A DNA stretch of 64,000 bases from Saccostrea echinata (taxonomy: Eukaryota), in contig NW_026889813.1 in NCBI RefSeq assembly GCF_033153115.1, forward strand, positions 3,720,001 through 3,784,000, written 5' to 3'. This document shows, piece by piece, positions 50,659-63,467 of this stretch. The notes below the pieces were generated by a model, which saw only the letters and a program-made list of their open reading frames with translations, made no database searches and was not told where the DNA came from. The position numbers and the translations under genes were made by a program. Each line of letters begins with the position of its first letter. The stretch's first letter is position 1.

Positions 50659-51510
50659 AGACGAAGCGAGAAATACATACGGGAGAATGATTACAGATTC
50701 GCTCCTCTACCTTATGTGTGGCGGGATAAACCGACACAGTACTGGGATGAAATAGGAGGACTTAATAGACCACAAATGAGAACCACGTTCTTCTATTAAC
50801 TGGAACCTATTTTGACTTTTCTTCGGTTGTATTCTCAATAAAACTTCACTTCAGCCACCTATAACCTCCTATTTTGGAAATGAAATAATAACGGCTGCAT
50901 CCAACGTTATATATTATAACAGGAAGAATGTGTATTTCGCTGAATTTTACTGTCATTATAAGGACCATTACGTCAAGTTGGCAATAACGTCACCGGGCTC
51001 TTGTGCAGATTCCTTCTGTAAACGACACTATTTAAAAGAACTATTGACAACCCCTTCATCATGGTGGATGATACTGAATTATTTGTTACACTAGGGGTAA
51101 ACGTTGAACTGTTTTACACGGATTCTGTTGATATTTCATCCATACTCTATCAGAATCTTGGAAATTTTTCATACGTTCGAACACGTGGCCGTGGGCACAG
51201 CAAACCTGAAGGGATTCCAAAAAATCCAGACTGCCCCTTATGTAACTTGCGCGGATCCATGATTTTTTTTTCCAGGATGGGTCCACGTCTACGCAAAAAG
51301 AAATTCCGACTCAGAAATCATTTGACAAGCAAGTTAGAAAAATTAAAAACTTTGAACTTGGGGAAAAGCCGGGGTATCTTCAATCGGTGTACTTCCTATA
51401 AAAACATAAAAATGCTTATAAATGACTCTCAATACCATTTTACCAGAGGGCCGTGTTTTAAGGGGTTCCGAGGTCATTTTTTCTTTTGGTTACTTAATTA
51501 TATAATTTAG
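50659..51510 (+). pseudogene. PHYHIP-like pseudogene copy 3 (divergent 3' flank)
   Basis: Same lesions as copies 1-2, but the sequence after CPLCNL diverges from paralogue E; the MITE-like tract ends in GCGCATG near 51541. Confidence 0.9.
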
Positions 51511-52989
51511 ATAACTTTGAAAAATCCTGAAAGTGCGCATGTATAATACAGTATACTTCGATCTTTGCTAAGTAACACAACAAAGTGAATTGTGTATAAT
51601 ATTATGTATATGCATACTGATTGTACAGGTTGTACTAATTCTTATGTAAAGAAAAATTTGATCTTATATGAAATATATTACATATTGTATAAATATTTCT
51701 TCCAAGATGATGTATATTGGAACTCTGAAATAAACGTTCCGCTGATGCTTTGATCTAGATATACAATGTCAGAATTACAGTGCAAAAATTTGAAAACTGT
51801 TACTATTTACAGCATAGTTATACATGAATTTTCCAATCTTAAATCTGTGTCTTTTGTTGATTTATTTCTTTGCTCCTTGTTTACTTGTCATAGTCACTAC
51901 TGATGATTTTACGATTTTGGATATTTTGGAAAAAATGTATGATGAAGGAAGAAAATCATTGTGAAATTACTGTGGGTGTGTCTAATTGTCTATATATTTA
52001 CGATTAGTTATTATCTAGTTAAAAATGTGGATTCCTCCTGTAAAAGGAAGTTTTTGTACAATAAGAAAGCCTTGAATCATAAACATCGATATATTACATG
52101 TACAAAGTCACCGGAGTCGATCAGGTTTTTTTAAGATTACGATGAAGTGTGTCAACATTTTTATCTTGATATTGGGTACATCTAGGTTAGTTGTTTTCGG
52201 AAAATCGGTACATGCATGTTTTGAACACAGTTTGTTTATTAGGATATTTTACCATTACATGCTAACGTTATGAACCTTATGTTTGTTTGTTGCTTGCTAC
52301 TTAAGGAAATACGTTAAGGATTTGGAAAGGTTAAATCTCACCCACAAAATAAAAGATGCACGTCATTTAAGCTTCATGTCAGCTGGCTCCTTGCGGCTTT
52401 AAATGATCTGGAAATGCAGAAGTTCAGAGCTAGCCGTATTAATTAAAATATAAATAATTGTAAATTTTAAACATTATTAGAGTCCTGGCTAATGCTTTAT
52501 AGGACGTTATACTCTTGATCAATATAGCCCTGGTTTGTCTTCTACGTTCATTATTGCTATAGTACTTGCTTAAATTGTTGTGACGCTATTTTTCTTTTTT
52601 GGGGGGGGGGGGGATCATTTTAGCGATAAATGATTTTTTTTTTTTAATGTTTAACGATTACTATTTGATATTTGCTTTAAGCATCGACCCACAATCTGCA
52701 GTAATGTTTATACAGTAAACATAATGTCCTATTCTAAATGTGACATCCAAAAGGTTGAAATTTTTACCACAATTTTCATCTAGATATCGATGCTTTAGTA
52801 AGACTACTACCCACATGAAAGTGTACGCTATAGCACCCTTGTACCTGGGTATTCAATAAGCCACAAAAGATTTAATTTACATAAAATATATTTATACATG
52901 TATCAAATTGAGCATAAAATGCACAGGTGAGCATATGACTCTGGGCCTCGCATTTTAGTAATTCAAACAATTGATTCATTGCCAGTCTA

Positions 52990-53645
52990 TGATTAAAGAT
53001 AGTGAGGATTGTGATGAAATAAATTCTGGTTTTAAAAAAGGGATTTTTAGAAAAAATATTTTTTTCTGTAAAGGAAAAAAGAAGAAGAGAAAACCGCCCA
53101 AATTGGAACTTAAAAACGTCATTTGGCCCCTAGGGTGAAAATGATTATTCCAAAACCTTATTGCACATTTGCAAAATACGCCCCAATCATCTTGCAAAAG
53201 ATGAGATGGCTACTATTTTATTTTGTGTGAGTTATGGAACAAGGATTTTGTAAAATAAAAAAAACATCGTTATTCGACCCACATTTGGCCTCTAGGGTGA
53301 AAATGAAAATTCCGAAACCCTATTGCACATCTACAGGACACCACCAATCATCTTGCAAAAGAATATATGGCTACTGCATAAATGTCAGAGGAGCATTGGG
53401 AACCAGGGTTTTGTAGGAAAAAACCGTGGTTTTTCAACTCCCATTTGGTTCCCAGGTTGAAAATGAAAACGCATCAAAACCTAATTGCACATCTGCAGGA
53501 CACCAACTATCACATTCCAAAAGATGAATTGGTTACTGGTCTGCTCAAATTGTAAGAGAATTACAGGAAGAAAGAAGTGTGACAGACGAACGTCGGAGGG
53601 ATAACGACAATACACAAACTTTCTTTATAAAGTGTCGGTATAATT
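52990..53645 (-). mobile_element. Degenerate HINE-type element with three ~161-bp repeats
   Basis: catttgg.cc.tagggtgaaaatga...tattgcacat...atcatcttgcaaaaga at ~53120, 53282 and 53442; gacagacg tract and inverted subterminal sequence near 53580-53645. Confidence 0.6.
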
Positions 53646-54176
53646 TACTCATACCTAGCGGCCGATCATGTCGCGTACATTCTCGTCAAATGCTATTCTC
53701 ATAACAACTCATATAATTTATAGAGACGTCCCTCTATTTAGGTGCAATATTTCATAATGCACCACATATTATGACTTATTTGGAAGTTTGTGCTTCTGTT
53801 TTGAGTTTTTAAATTGGTGTTATTTCATGCTCAAATGCTTAAGCATTTATTAATGTTCCTATTTTTTGATTTTTGCACAATATGAGTGTATATAATAACG
53901 AATTCTCAAAAAGGCGTAAAACAAAAATATTTACATGCAGAATGTACAGTGAACACCTAAATTCTTTATCTGGAGTTGTCGCTCCTCAACCTATATAGAC
54001 TACATGAATCATCAATGTGTACAATTTACTTAAGAGAATATTTCAAACATTGCAACGTGGTAAGTGTATAATTATCATATGTAAATGGTAAATACTTTTT
54101 TTTTTCTATGTGTCCAATATTGTTCGACTTCTACAGCGAAGGTGGCCTTACTATGACAAATAATAATAAAAAGGTC

Positions 54177-54179
<3 letters not shown>

Positions 54180-54258
<79 letters not shown>
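54180..54258. repeat. (TA)n microsatellite
   Basis: Directly visible. Confidence 0.95.
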
Positions 54259-54262
<4 letters not shown>

Positions 54263-54616
54263 AATTCTGGTTGTAACGCTGTATTTGATTGGATAAAAAA
54301 TTTACTTTATATAGTATAAAATGGGTTGCGTCACAATAACTTTAGTCAAAAACGTATCGATCCGCCTGACGTTACATTCAAATTTTGTACAAATGGAGTC
54401 ATTTTTTAAGGACAATCATATTTTTTTCTTACTCCAAATGAATGAAAATTAAACTATAAGGAATGAATTTAATAGCTACCCAATTTATACTGTATAAACT
54501 GGGTTGGAACAGTTTACGCTTTTTTATAAACCGCTTCGCGGTTTATAAAGCGTAAACTGCCCCAACCCAGTTTATACCGTATAAAATGGGTAGCTATTAA
54601 ATTCTTTCCTTAAATA
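54258..54616 (+). mobile_element. Non-autonomous element with a terminal ~75-bp imperfect palindrome centred on CCGC-TTC-GCGG
   Basis: 54457-54534 pairs with 54538-54612; GATTGG near the 5' end; same layout as 33786-34345. Confidence 0.7.
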
Positions 54617-54981
54617 AATGTAAATCCACAGTGCTCGGTAAATTATAGGTACAATTTTAAAAATGAAACACGAAAACGTTTAGTAAAGCTTTAGCGCTTT
54701 CATTTTCAATCTTCAGAAGCTTTACAATAGGTAACACAGCAACATAACGTCATAATAAGTGGAACACAAATTCTAGCGTCTATAGTGACGTCATAGTTAA
54801 ACAATGCGGGAAATTTGTAGAATGGAAACAATATGTACAATTGTGATTACGATTACGATAAATTGTTAAGTTTAGGTTTGAAAATATGTATGAAATGTTT
54901 TTCTTTTTCGCGTCTCCGGATGTCACTTTCATTTGAAAGTTTGTAAAAAGGAAATATAGTAAACTGTTTATTTCCACAGCG

Positions 54982-55048
54982 ATCCAAATACGTAGAGCAT
55001 GCTCTTGCGTATCGAATCAACTGAGAGATATAAACCCCATATGACAAA

Positions 55049-55128
<80 letters not shown>

Positions 55129-55574
55129 TTTGTCATATGGGGTTTATATCTCTCAAATGATTCGATATTCGATACGCAAGAGCTTGCTCTACGTATGAAC
55201 AATTTCTAAACCAGGTAAGTTATTGACAAACAAGTTGATAAAACAAGAATATCAACAGTCTCGTTTAACAATTAAAGTCATCAATTCATAAGTTCTATGT
55301 TCGATACAATGGCCTTGTCAGCAAATACAATCTATCATTAAGTCATATGCTGACTGACGTTTTTCACTTTAATTGTCAGGCCATTGAATTGTCGAAGCAT
55401 TTTCCCGTTATTTCCCGATCATGACAAGGTACACATGACAGGGAATGCTCACTCCTCCGTGGCACCTGATCCCACCTCTGTTTTTGAAGGTCCACAATTG
55501 CTCTGCTCCCGATTTGTCTTGTTTTAATGGAATTTGAGCTTGATTACTGTTCATTATATGTATCTCCACATTTC
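54982..55574 (+). mobile_element. Penelope-like 3' fragment with an inverted duplicate of its start across an (AT)n tract
   Basis: From 55125: SYGVYISQMIRY..YARACSTYEQFL..KLLTNKLIKQEYQQSRL..KFYVRYN, then the 3' motif GACAGGGAATGCTCACTCCTCCGTGGCACCTGATCCCACCTCTG; 54982-55051 is the inverted copy. Confidence 0.85.
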
Positions 55575-55697
55575 TTTTGAAAAAAAATATTAGGAAATCA
55601 GGAAAGGGTGTAAATTGAAATACTTTTAATGTGTATTATTGCAATAGTATGAAAGAATTCATGAAAAATAAACAACAAATCGTGACGTATTATGACT

Positions 55698-55862
55698 TTA
55701 TGTGAAGTAACTTCTTATGCCAAATATATTAACAAAATAAATGATCAAACAAAAGACTAAAATGACAATCCAGATTCCTAATGACATAGATACCAGCATT
55801 CTCGTCCGAGAAGTAAGCGTCCTTATCAACGTCTCATTTCCAACCTTTCTTGCCTTTTGCAA
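55698..55862 (-). CDS. CD225/dispanin (IFITM-like) protein, coding exon 3
   Basis: Acceptor attttcttttgtag| then LQKARKVGNETLIRTLTSRTRMLVSMSLGIWIVILVFCLIIYFVNIFGIRSYFT* (basic loop plus TM helix); 165 nt, phase 0. Confidence 0.85.
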   Translation of the reverse strand: MQKARKVGNETLIRTLTSRTRMLVSMSLGIWIVILVFCLIIYFVNIFGIRSYFT

Positions 55863-56971
55863 CTACAAAAGAAAATATTATTATTATTCCATATTTACAC
55901 ATATATGTAAAAAGTCAATTATGCAAGTTTTACAATAAAATTCTCTGTTCAAAGCTGCAAACAAATATATGTTCTTTACATAAAGTATACTGCAGCTTTG
56001 CTATTACAATAGTAAAGAAACGAACCATGTTAAGATGAAACTTTAGCATTTTCTTTTCTTTTACATTAGAGTCATTAAATGAGTATACCCCAGTATGCAA
56101 AGATGATCACGCTGTAGTTATTCTCTGATTGTAAGAGAAGTTCATATGTATTTTTTGACAGGGAAGTTAGTATATTTGTTGATCTAGACTGTGAAGTATA
56201 TGTAAGATCAAAAATTCATAATAAAACGAATTTTCATTTCAGATCTTACTTGTATTATCTCTATTCCTTTGTTTATTGAACTTAAACCAACATAGCTAGA
56301 ACATTTCAAGAATGCTTACGAAACATCATGTACATCTGAGCAAATCAAATCTTCAAGGATTACATGTCATGTAACACCAAAGGGAATTTAGCTTTTTGAT
56401 AAGATAAAATCTGTATATATTCTTTACAAATAAATGACGAGTAACATTTCTGTTTGACTTTTGATTCAATGAAACCCCTTGTGAAAATATACATGTATAA
56501 ACTAAATGGATGTGCCTGTCTGATGACCTTTTTTTTTGCTTGTCAAGGAGTTTTTGTTTAGTTGTGCCCCCAAACTGAAAATGTTTGGTTGTGCCCCCAC
56601 CCCCTACACTTAAGTTGCTCTCTAAGGTCTGTTTTTGGACTTTTTTTTCTTTTTTCTTTTTCATAAAATATGTGACGTATATGTATCTTCCATATTTTCT
56701 GAAGAAAATGTTACTTATTTACCCAACGTCAGTTTGAAATGTGCATAATTTAAATAAGTTTCTGAGTCAACTAAAAATACAGTTTATATAGGAAAAGAGC
56801 AATTAATCTTGTTTTATCACCGTCTGGCTTCTTTCATTACTGGTTAGCAAATGACTGTTTTTCCCAATGGATTTTATTGTGCCAATTTGTAGCATTTTAT
56901 TAAAAAAAAAATGATTTTTAACAATAAATAGTTGCTACCCAAATTGCAAGACATAGGAACTAGAAGATTAC

Positions 56972-57076
56972 CTTTGCCGCTGTAATCACTGCAAAAATCC
57001 CCGTAGGACAGAAGCATATGACAGACAAAATTGAAAGACCTAACAAACAGCGACTATTTTCAGAAACAGGGGATTC
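56972..57076 (-). CDS. CD225/dispanin (IFITM-like) protein, coding exon 2
   Basis: catatttttcag| ESPVSENSRCLLGLSILSVICFCPTGIFAVITAAK |gtaatc; 105 nt, phase 0/0; matches the CD225 intramembrane motif (C..P.GI.A). Confidence 0.85.
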
Positions 57077-57210
57077 CTGAAAAATATGAATTCTCAATAA
57101 ATATCATTTTTCTCATAAAACTGAAATACATGTATGGATATTTATTGTGTTTTATTTTAAAAGAAAAAACTTGTACATAACATTCTTTAGTTAATACTTT
57201 TTCTTTTTAC

Positions 57211-57399
57211 CTGATCCTTAAAAAATCTTCGGTTTGATGATTTTAGGCGGACTTTGTTATTATTGGATTGTATATTCTCCTCTTCATTTCGATGACAGCA
57301 TTCTGAGCTAGCGTCACCTTTGACGTCATTTCGAGAACACCTGCAATTTACACTGTCATTCTCGTGTGCTCTGGTATCTCGAAGTAACTGGTCTTCCAT
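57211..57399 (-). CDS. CD225/dispanin (IFITM-like) protein, coding exon 1
   Basis: ORF MEDQLLRD...RRFFKDQ|gtaaaa; 189 nt, phase 0; acceptor ttttctttttaag| at 57424; spliced total 152 aa. Confidence 0.75.
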
Positions 57400-58510
57400 A
57401 CTATTTTTTTGTCTGCATAATTATCTTAAAAAGAAAATACTTAAGCTACATATATATACCTCCATGGACAAATGCATTATTATGCAATTAGCTATTAGAC
57501 TATCCATTGCATATAATAATGATAAAATCAACTTTTTTTTCAAATAATTCTCTCTCTCTCTCTCTCTCTGAAAGTGGGAAAACGGAAATAATCATCGCGA
57601 TGTTTGGTTTTGTTTAATAAACTCGATCCACGGAAAAATCGATTTTGATGTAGAATTCTGTGTATCTGCAATTGTGTTAACATAGAGACATTTGATCAGT
57701 ATAAAAATAAAACCCGTTATTTTGCGACATGAACAGAGGATTGTATAATTGACATTTCCAGTCGTAATAAATGGTTTATAAATATCTTGGCTCTGTTAGC
57801 CATTGGATATTAATAAACTCCTAATATCCTAACCAATATCTTAAAGTACATAAGCCATATAACCTCAAAATATCAAGTAAAAGCAATTTCTCGGAATTCT
57901 TCAATCTGCATTTGATACCAAACATTCAAAACACAATTTGATCAATTCGATAAAAATATGTACTAGGATTAAAATCAAAGTTTTGGATACATTAAACAAA
58001 ACTGAATATTTTAAAATATTCTATATTTAATTAAGCTGCATATATTCTTCATTACAACTTCCTGACAATAAGAAAAAGAAAAGACAATAAACGATAATTT
58101 TTACTTCTGACGCTAGAATCTAACTTAAAGGTAGACAATACCTTGGGATTCTAGATGACGAACAAAGAAGAAAATTTGCTTTAAACTTCAGCCATTAAAG
58201 TTTACAAACATTCAAAACCAAGAAATGTTGATGTAGTGAAGTGGAATATTGCTGCAGTGTTTGCTATCTGGTAAGTAGATAATGAGTAAAAATCCTATTT
58301 GACAGATTTCATTACTTTTACATTTTTTTTTTTATCCAGAAAAACAAAATACGTACATCGATTAAATTAAATGTATAACATCTAACGTTAAGTTATTGTA
58401 CAGACAAACTCGAACAATGATTTTTATATAAAACAAAATTAAAAATTGTTACGATTTTTGTGCATACAGTCTGAGAATCTGTAATGTAAATACAGCAATG
58501 GAAAACTTAC

Positions 58511-58652
58511 CCTGGTGTTTACAGTTCCCTGTCACTAACTAGTGTCCCCCAGATCGTTGTTTTCCAGACTCTATAAATCAATAGAATTTTTCCTGACAGC
58601 AACCATTGGATAGATCAAACAGTTTCTGCTTCGCGTGGGAACTTCCGGAAAA
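58511..58652 (-). promoter_or_regulatory. Candidate non-coding first exon and promoter of the CD225 gene with an NF-kB/ETS composite site
   Basis: Minus-strand donor accagg|gtaagt at 58511/58510; GGGAACTTCCGGAAAA at 58637-58652. Confidence 0.45.
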
Positions 58653-61384
58653 CGTTAAATAAAAATGGCTTGTTGTAGCGAAACTTTTATTTTCAAGTTA
58701 CATCACTGAGGAATTAAAAATCTCATTCAACATCCGGTTTTCGGATTTATTTGAGAATTAAAATATCATGTACAATAATTGAACTAATTGACGTCAAGTC
58801 TTTTAAACTGTGAGGGGTTGAAGTTTCTGTTTGGTTAAACATTGAGCGATGTAGTGTGGTATCGTGATATATATCACGTTATTTATAAATTTATATCAAA
58901 AGTGCAATAAAAGGTCAGCTTTTGTTTAGAATTCTGTTATAAAGTTTAAATTTCAATTGACATTGTAATGTTAATGACCATTATCTGAAGTAGGAGTTCT
59001 GATTTACTGACAGCTAAGTTTTGTTTTAAGTAAATAGAGTTTAAAACACATTATTGGGATGGTTCTTTTAGATCAGTTCAATTAAACCCAAAATTAGTTT
59101 AGTTTAGTTTAAGAAGTATTTAATTCACGATATACGTAGAAGTATATACAATGAATATGGATTGTACAGCAGGCAAAAATGGCCTATATTAGTTCTCTCC
59201 ATAATTACACATGTATGGAAAAGGAGATATTCACATAGATATAGAGGAAAGAAGCTATGATATATCAGCAATCAGTTGAAAAATTATAAAAATCAGAACT
59301 TAGAATTACAGGTTTATATGTATTACAGGTGATACTAGTCACTTTCGACAATGTTATCGTATAATTATTCATAAAAAAGTATATTATTCGGTTTATGAAT
59401 AATTGTATTATATAGTGTTAGTTATTTAAATTATCAATTTTTTTGGTTTAAAAAAAGCTCATTTTAATATTTGAAAATTTCTATACACGCATTTGTTACT
59501 TGTTTGTCATTATTTGATGTACGGAATGTGATACCATTTTACGAATCGGAAGATGTACATGTACATGTAAGCGCAGTCAGATTGCTTTCTACACATGTAT
59601 GTTAGTAAAAAGAAAATATCAAGAACTTTTGAATCATGTTTAATCAGCTCTAATTAAAAAGTTACTTTCTCAGACACTTAAACATCATTATTGATACCAT
59701 TTTTAGTCATTGTATCAAATAAAGAATAGAACAGGAATAAAAAAGTCTTTTTTTCATAAAATAAATTACAATTCGACACCCCCCCCCCTTTTTCGATGGA
59801 TTTAACTCAGCTGCTGGACGTGATTAGATTCACGTGCGACATTTTACTTTACACGAGTTTATTAAAATCCTAATTTTATAATATTTTCTTGCACTATTGT
59901 TCTCCTATTCTAATTAAAACGATGGAAAATGCGGTAAGATAAATAATACATTTATGTTCCTTTTTTTATTCCTACAAGTCCGAAGCCAAGTCAACTGAGC
60001 TAGTTTTTTGAGGGATTAAGAGAAAATAACAGCAGTATTGAAAGTGAAAAATTGTCGTTTATTCAAGTAAACGACGCAAAACAAAAATACACATAGTTAG
60101 GGGGTCAGAAGAGACTAGATAAAACTTCTAAAGAACACAAAAATCTTTGGCATCATATTATGCAAGAACTGACCCCCTAAAGTTAAACATTCCATAAATC
60201 AGGCACTGATATGCCTGCCATCAAAAAAGGGTGGGATAAAACAAAATGAAACATTTTTTGCTAATGCAAATTGATAAATACATGTGTGTAGGGCCTTTTA
60301 TAGGTATATAATTTGAAGATTTGAATTATATGACCATGAAAAGGGTGAATGTCAATGCCAATGTCAATGCACACCCCTACCCCCAAAAATTGTGAAGCCC
60401 CCTTCCAGACACACACACACACACACCCTTACACACACACACACGGAGGAAGTAATAGAACTTGTTCCTCATATCCATCCAACCCTCTTTTCGTGAAAGA
60501 AGGTTATACATGTACATGTAATACTGTAGTAATATATGAAAATTCAAAATGAGTTCTTATAGTTTAAACAGAGCCGAGTGAGCTAGTTAAAAAAACACCG
60601 ACCCGAAATACATTTGTATGATTTTTAAACTATGAGGAGGGAGTTTATCAAAAAAGTTTGTCCGAGCATTTTTTTTTCTACAGCTCCCCCCCCCCCCTTC
60701 AAAAACAGAGAGAAAAAAGAAAAAATGAAAATACTTTCTGTTGTAAAGCGTTTCTGGTTTCGTGTATTTCATAAAGAAACACTTCAAAGTCGAGATAAAC
60801 AATGTATTTAGATTATTTTTCTTTGACACATACAATGTATGCACCATCTATCACACAAGTGTTAAATTATGTGTTAAATTCTATTCCCCTTTAAAAGGAG
60901 TCTTGCGTACTTTTATAAAAGATAATTAAATAAGATATTAAATCAATTGTCTGCTAATTAAATTGCCCAGACGATACTCATTTCGTTGTCAGTTTAAGAT
61001 ATTTAATTCCTTCATTGATAAAACGAATAGTAATCTCAAGACTCAATACACATTTTAAAATAGCCAAAGATAAAAGACTACTGTCGTCGAGAGCGCTCAG
61101 GCTTTAAACAAGATATTGATTCAAAAGGTGTTTTAACGTTTTGATATAATGCAGTGTGTACTGCAGACTGTTCAATACAATGTCTTTTACTGGGGACCAA
61201 TATCGAGGTCACAGATTAAGGGGATCTCAAAAGTTTATTTGATAACACAACTCAATATTCTTAAACAGAAAGTCATAATATTAAAAAGATTTTTCGTATA
61301 TTACTTTTAATCTCTTTCAACTTTGTATCGAATTAGATAAATTATAATAGATAAAATTGAAGTCGAACCAATATCGATATCCGG

Positions 61385-61505
61385 ATTACCCCTAGCAACA
61401 TTGAATGGTGGAGTGTTGGGTCGATCTGGCTCGGTAAACGTTCTGTTTACACCTGAGATTAAAACGATCAGTCTTTTAATACACCGTAACTCGAGATTGT
61501 AACAG
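61385..61505 (+). promoter_or_regulatory. RFX X-box-like site and non-coding first exon of the SPMIP2-like gene
   Basis: ATTACCCCTAGCAAC at 61385-61399; donor taacag|gtaagt at 61505/61506. Confidence 0.5.
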
Positions 61506-62639
61506 GTAAGTTACGATGAGTTTTTATTATTATTATTTACTGAATTTATACACCTCTGTAAACAACAGTTCCATAATCTATTGCATAATTGGAAACCCAT
61601 TATGCTATATGTTCGGTCTCCGTTGTAGTTTCGGTCTGAAATTAAGCTGATTAATTGCAAGTTAATGGTGACCATTGGAGTTTCCGCCGATAGAGCATTT
61701 TGATAATTAGAATGTATAAGGCATGTTCCATTTCTATTTTCTTTATGAAAATTCATTGCGTTAACACACGAATTTTACTTTTAAATTAATCATTTACCTT
61801 ATGAACATATAATATACATCGAAAGTTACTCCGAAGGCTGATCAGATCAAGGATTAGCGATATAAAATTATCTCTTTTTTTGTCTGCCCAGCAGTATGGT
61901 AGAAGAATGGATTTTCTCGGTCACATCCCTTGCACTGGAAAAAAAAACTTTTTTGTTTAGATGTGGTTATATTTTAAAAACCAACGAAATCTAATGATCA
62001 TAGAAACTCCCTAACACACCTCACCCCTTCTGCTTCAGGTAATCATCTCAGATAAGTGCTTTGCTCCAAGACCACACAAAAAGATGTCCTAGAGTTAATT
62101 GAACTAGAATTGCGTGTTTTATATATTTGTGTTCAGAGATGCCGTGACACAAGCATGACTTCTTTAAACTCATTGCTAAGTTACTGGAACGACAGATGAA
62201 AGAATTCGATTTATTGATGACCGATACATTCAGATAAAAATATGCACGGGTTGCAAACCTATATGGTAAAACAGTCATTGTCATAAGATTGGTATTTTTT
62301 AATTTTCATGGAAGGTAATCGCATTTTGTATTTCACAATGTCAGAGGATAAAAATGTGAATTTAAAGCCCTAGAATATATATTTTTTAAAATGAAAAATT
62401 GACTTTATTTTAGTCTTACATCCTGTAAATTTTGAACCTACCTCCATCTAGTAAATTCATAACATACAATAAGATAAGATAAGATTTATTAAATGATACA
62501 TTTCAACTATACATTATATCACTGTGCTAATTTCATGGCTATAGGAATATATACAACATAAATACACACTGTAGCAGAATTTTACTGCACAAGATCAAGC
62601 AAATAAAAGCCATACTTTACAATCAACTATTGCAGCAAT

Positions 62640-62754
62640 ATGGCCGACCGACCCCAGTCTCACCACAGCAGCAGTACGCACGTGTCAGCAGCTGAGTCGG
62701 TAGTCCCCCCTCATCAGCAATGGTCGGCTTACAGAGGACCAGTTCTGTTCACCG
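62640..62754 (+). CDS. C4orf45/SPMIP2-like (DUF4562) protein, coding exon 1
   Basis: ctattgcag|caatATG; MADRPQSHHSSSTHVSAAESVVPPHQQWSAYRGPVLFT G|gtatgg; 115 nt, phase 1, GC-rich. Confidence 0.8.
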
Positions 62755-62890
62755 GTATGGAAATTCTGTCCAAGCGAAAAGCGAGAACTACGTGTAGTTG
62801 TATTGTTAATTAGATGTATAAATGTATCTTGGTCAATTTCTTCAGGTTAAACGAATTAAATGTGCTTCTAAAAAGCATAAAATTATTATT

Positions 62891-62932
<42 letters not shown>

Positions 62933-63397
62933 GGGATTGGGATGGGGGAAGAGATAATGAAGTGTTAACTGCTTTTTGTTAAGAATTATAAGAAATGTCT
63001 TTCACAGTAAACTAAAAACTGTAAGGTTTTGAAACATTCTTTCCGAAATTGTAGCATTTACGATGCTATTAATGGGGAAGAATACATGTAATAGAAAAAA
63101 GATACATGTATTACATGTAATCTTATGTCATTAATGAATGGTTTACTGTATCTTAAAAGTCAGACAAAAAGTGTGGTTCCTTTTTTTATGTCAAGAAATT
63201 TGGAAGCCCCCCCCCCCCCCAAATTGCTTCCAATTGGCATGAAAGGGATACTGAAATGGTAGCAGAAACAACAATCCAGTATTATACCTATATAGTGTTT
63301 ACCCTGACCTTGTTGTAGGGAGAGGGCTCAATCCCATTCACTTTGTTGGTGAATAAATTATGTACAAATAAAAAATTCATATACATGTATATATATA

Positions 63398-63467
<70 letters not shown>

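Larger units (their letters stand above)
46038..51260 (+). repeat. Tandem array of a ~1532-1557-bp unit (PHYHIP-like exon + 3' flank + SINE), about 3.4 units
   Basis: Near-identical ORFs recur at 47195/48731/50263 and 47997/49529/51061 (periods 1536 and 1532). Confidence 0.95.
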
